Below the pieces are notes generated by a model. That model was not told the DNA's origin. It did not search any database and saw only the letters and a program-made list of their open reading frames with translations. From a virus (lineage: Duplodnaviria; Caudoviricetes): a stretch of DNA of 40,451 nt. The first letter of the stretch is position 1, and each line of letters begins with the position of its first letter. Positions 37,849-40,451 of this stretch are shown here, one piece after another. The translations under genes and the position numbers were made by a program. The DNA is taken from positions 1 through 40,451 of IMG/VR virus record IMGVR_UViG_3300037195_000340; one strand, 5' to 3'.

Positions 37849-38271
37849 CTAGGCATTGTTTTCCTCGTATACCTTAGTAAGCACTTTCATTACAGCTTTG
37901 CTGTTATCTAGTACTGCGTTGATTTTTGTGATACCTACATTGAACTTCCCTGAGCCGTCCATGTGTTGAATTTGATATAGAGTACGTCCGTGTTTTTGTA
38001 CCTCTTTCATCATGTTTGGTTCATTTTGAGTATTTAGAATACTCGCTACTTTACGGATAGATACTCGTACATCGTAACCTTTCTTTGTTGGTAGTGTCAT
38101 TAATAGGATACCATGGTCGTTTTGTACTACGTCAATCTTTACTGGTGTTGGTTTCTTCATTGTCTTACCTTTTGTTGCTGTTTTCTTCACTGTTTTACCT
38201 TTTGTTGCTGTTTTCTTCACTGTTTTACCCTTTGTTGATGTTGATTTTTTAGCTTTAGTTATCTTTGCCAT
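37849..38271 (-). CDS. Basic protein with histone H1-like K/T/A repeats and a duplicated small domain
   Basis: TKGKTVKKTA repeated about three times (30-bp tandem repeat); AGGAG RBS at MAKITK. Confidence 0.7.
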   Translation of the reverse strand: MAKITKAKKSTSTKGKTVKKTATKGKTVKKTATKGKTMKKPTPVKIDVVQNDHGILLMTLPTKKGYDVRVSIRKVASILNTQNEPNMMKEVQKHGRTLYQIQHMDGSGKFNVGITKINAVLDNSKAVMKVLTKVYEENNA

Positions 38272-38282
38272 AGTTGTTTCTC

Positions 38283-38777
38283 CTATTCGGTTATAGATGT
38301 TATAATGCCTTGCTTTAAGGCACACATTTTAATAAATAGTCCGTAAGATTGTACTTGAGATTCGGTGTAGTTATTTTTATGTCCTATAGTTTGATAAAGT
38401 GTTACCCAGAGTTTTATAGAATGGTCTTGACATCCTATTTGTATTCTATCTTTGTAACAAATTGCTAGATGTTGTGCTCCTGTGAAAGATAAGATACCCT
38501 TAGCACGTCTCAAATCAGTACGTCTCAAATCAGCACGTCTCAAATCAGCACCTCTCAAATCAGCAGCACTTAAATCAGCACCTTCCAAATCAGCACCACT
38601 TAAATTAGCACCTATCAAATTAGCATGTCTCAAATCAGCACCTCTCAAATCAGCACCATACAAATTAGCACCTTCCAAATCAGCACCATACAAATTAGCA
38701 CCTTCCAAATCAGCACCATACAAATCAGCGCCTATCAAATCAGCATCTGCTTTAATTTCATATCCATTAACTTTCAT
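38283..38777 (-). CDS. Pentapeptide-repeat protein (paralogue 3)
   Basis: [10 protein letters not shown] plus ADLxG repeats and a RIQIGC C-terminal domain; GGAGG RBS. Confidence 0.85.
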   Translation of the reverse strand: MKVNGYEIKADADLIGADLYGADLEGANLYGADLEGANLYGADLRGADLRHANLIGANLSGADLEGADLSAADLRGADLRRADLRRTDLRRAKGILSFTGAQHLAICYKDRIQIGCQDHSIKLWVTLYQTIGHKNNYTESQVQSYGLFIKMCALKQGIITSITE

Positions 38778-38943
38778 GTTTCCCTCCAAAAACCCTTTCA
38801 CCGCCTAATTTAGCTAGCTTATCCTCAGCCTGTTTAAGCGACTCGTTTACACTCATAGGTATACCCATGTATTTGTTCGTCTCGTAAATTTGTCTTGCCA
38901 TCTCGATAATTCTCTTTTGATAAGGTGTTACTACGTTGCTCAT
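38767..38943 (-). CDS. 58-aa hypothetical protein (not in the ORF track)
   Basis: ACAGGAG RBS; [21 protein letters not shown]...GGKHES; stop overlaps the next start region. Confidence 0.6.
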   Translation of the reverse strand: MSNVVTPYQKRIIEMARQIYETNKYMGIPMSVNESLKQAEDKLAKLGGERVFGGKHES

Positions 38944-39046
38944 GTGTTTTCTCCTGTTGTTTAATGTGTGTGAAACATTGCCAAAAAGTCATTTTACCTT
39001 GGTTCATTGCATATAAATTCATTACTTTACTCATTACGTCCTGCAT
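38834..39046 (-). CDS. Hypothetical protein (3' half overlaps the next gene)
   Basis: AGGAG RBS at MQDVMS. Confidence 0.4.
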   Translation of the reverse strand: MQDVMSKVMNLYAMNQGKMTFWQCFTHIKQQEKTHEQRSNTLSKENYRDGKTNLRDEQIHGYTYECKRVA

Positions 39047-39068
39047 ACGTGCTCCTAAGTGTTTGTTT

Positions 39069-39218
39069 TTATTTACTATGAATACGCTTGTATTCTTCTA
39101 TAATATGTTTTGGTAAACCGCCACGGTACCTACGTCTAAATAGACGATTATACTGACGCCTGTCTTTGTTATCTTTCTTTTTACTATTTTTCTTTACTGG
39201 TATTCGCTCAATTTGCAT
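39069..39218 (-). CDS. 49-aa Arg/Lys-rich protein
   Basis: ACAGGAG RBS; MQIERIPVKKNSKKKDNKDRRQYNRLFRRRYRGG... Confidence 0.55.
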   Translation of the reverse strand: MQIERIPVKKNSKKKDNKDRRQYNRLFRRRYRGGLPKHIIEEYKRIHSK

Positions 39219-39532
39219 AATATCTCCTGTGTTATTTAAGGTACGTGAAATATTCCCTGTACACTAAATAACACCTAGTAACCCCATAGTTACACTAAGT
39301 ACAAGTTGGCTTGTATTAGGTCACTAGATGATATAATTTAATTATTTCAACTACTTGCCTGTACTTACTTACTTGAGTTCATGTCTATCAGTGGTGTAAA
39401 TACTAGTTTTCGTTCAGGATATTGTAATTGCATTTACTTACTTAGGTTCATATAACTAGAGGTAATTGGACGCAATTAGTCACCCTGTTTTTTCACTGTG
39501 CCTATAGAATACAATATACTCCCCTGTATGAA

Positions 39533-39559
39533 TAACGCAGTTTCAAGTCACGTTAAGAC
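39533..39559 (-). ncRNA. H-type pseudoknot related to the 4631-4716 motif
   Basis: GUC-U-UAACGU-GAC-UUGAAACU-GCGUUA; shares AAACUGC and the topology. Confidence 0.4.
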
Positions 39560-39697
39560 GCACCCTTGCATACACGCATGATATACTGGACAATATAAGC
39601 ACGTGGATAGTTCTCTAGTCTAGTTATGTTCGGTTACTTAATCCGCTAGCGCCCTGTATTCACCTACCAACTACCAAGGTGATAACACTAGATTCTT

Positions 39698-39774
39698 GAA
39701 TATTGACCAACTCATCAGTATACACTTAAGGTCTGTGTATAGACACGGCATGACACCGTGTTTCGCCTGTATTC
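39698..39774 (-). ncRNA. Type II hammerhead ribozyme
   Basis: GAAUAC-AGGC-GAAA-CACGGUG(UCA)UGCCGUG-UC^-UAUACAC(AGACCUUAA)GUGUAUA-CUGAUGA-GUU-GGUC-AAUAUUC; complete core CUGAUGA/GAAA/GUC; predicted cut between 39742 and 39741. Confidence 0.9.
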
Positions 39775-39806
39775 CTATATCAGTATAATTTGCATTTATC
39801 CCGATA

Positions 39807-39953
39807 TCAGTATAATACGTCCTCATTCATTAGGAAGAAAGCCTGTGCTTCGCACGGTTTCTCCTGTACTCGCTTCTTTTTAGTACGTTTTACCTTACTA
39901 GGTTTCGCTTGTTTTGACCTATTCTTATGTAAGTCTAGTTTTTTACTACACAT
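39807..39953 (-). CDS. 48-aa Lys-rich early protein
   Basis: MCSKKLDLHKNRSKQAKPSKVKRTKKKR...; AAGGA upstream; overlaps the preceding gene's stop. Confidence 0.45.
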   Translation of the reverse strand: MCSKKLDLHKNRSKQAKPSKVKRTKKKRVQEKPCEAQAFFLMNEDVLY

Positions 39954-40060
39954 GTGTCACATCCTTTGTTATATTCGTTAAATGTTTTGTGCTCTATATT
40001 TATTGTACTTAATATGAATACTAAATATAAAGCTGAAAGAGTTAAGATTGTTTGTTTCAT
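39935..40060 (-). CDS. First early gene, 41-aa membrane/secreted peptide
   Basis: AGGAGG RBS just downstream of a sigma70 promoter; hydrophobic N-terminus; CDTC motif. Confidence 0.55.
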   Translation of the reverse strand: MKQTILTLSALYLVFILSTINIEHKTFNEYNKGCDTCVVKN

Positions 40061-40082
40061 CGTTCCTCCTAAGCTCATAACC

Positions 40083-40111
40083 AGTATGCCATAGCTAGAA
40101 TCAGGAGTCAA
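40083..40111 (-). promoter_or_regulatory. Host sigma70 early promoter
   Basis: TTGACT-17 bp-CATACT with extended -10 TG. Confidence 0.8.
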
Positions 40112-40264
40112 TAGAAAAAACACAGTGCAACGAAAAAACTTGCATAATTCCAATAATTACACCTAGTTACACTGTGATTTTTCTTGGTGGCACCTTGTGT
40201 ATCATGTATATAAAGGAACGTACACTACGTATATACCACGTATACACCACGTGTAACCGAGTAA

Positions 40265-40333
40265 CACCTAGTGATACCTAGTGGTACCTAGTGGTACCTA
40301 GTGGTACCTAGTGATACCTAGTGATACCTAGTG
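40265..40333. repeat. 10-bp tandem array (T7 SRL-like)
   Basis: (ACCTAGTG[A/G]T)n. Confidence 0.85.
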
Positions 40334-40349
40334 TCTTTAGTATAGATAG

Positions 40350-40451
40350 TATAAAAAAAAAACACAGTGCTATAACAAATAGTGACATAGTTTGTCAATA
40401 TAAAACAAATATTCACACCCAGTAACACCAGTTAACACCCAGTAAACTCTA
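40350..40451. repeat. Direct terminal repeat (early-end copy)
   Basis: Matches 1-101. Confidence 0.85.
40369..40398 (-). promoter_or_regulatory. Host sigma70-like promoter inside the terminal repeat
   Basis: TTGACA-18 bp-TATAGC with TG extension. Confidence 0.55.

Noticed and set aside
37820-37855. Twister-like GCCUA...GUUACAUGC segment
   Set aside because: Too short and lacks the P2 and pseudoknot pairings
35740-38750. 15-bp repeats as a CRISPR-like array or DGR
   Set aside because: The units are contiguous and in-frame coding with no spacers; no cas or reverse transcriptase gene
35717-38813. Plus-strand ORFs with SAPLK/QIST repeats
   Set aside because: Antisense shadows of the 15-bp pentapeptide arrays; no RBS, and the genome is otherwise co-oriented on the minus strand
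39777-39816. Duplicated ATATCAGTATAAT as plus-strand promoters or a hatchet ribozyme fragment
   Set aside because: No convincing -35 at the right spacing and no hatchet core; may be a simple local duplication
1-40451. tRNA genes, integrase or repressor
   Set aside because: None recognised by eye; tRNAscan-SE and HMM searches were not run

Overview
The window appears to be a complete, AT-rich, lytic T7-like podophage genome (Autographiviridae-type). It is bounded by ~101-bp direct terminal repeats, and essentially all genes are on the minus strand. Gene order from high to low coordinates is: early host-takeover/anti-defence region (SAM lyase, three pentapeptide-repeat paralogues, HD hydrolase-like protein), single-subunit RNA polymerase, replication genes (SSB, RusA, GNAT, primase-helicase, EndoVII, PolA, dNMP kinase, exonuclease), virion genes (portal to tail fibre), then lysis and packaging genes. 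The most notable non-annotated signals are RNA structures: an intact-looking type II hammerhead ribozyme with a loop I/stem II pseudoknot in the early leader (39698-39774), and a covarying tandem H-type pseudoknot/UUCG-hairpin/pseudoknot element upstream of the lysis genes (4631-4716) with a related third copy at 39533-39559. Several canonical T7 genes are replaced: a membrane-anchored ClpP-like protease sits in the spanin slot, a GNAT sits in the lysozyme slot, RusA replaces endonuclease I, and a GH108 muramidase is fused to gp16. No free-standing endolysin, spanin or ligase was recognised. All calls are by eye from motifs and synteny; no database searches were run.
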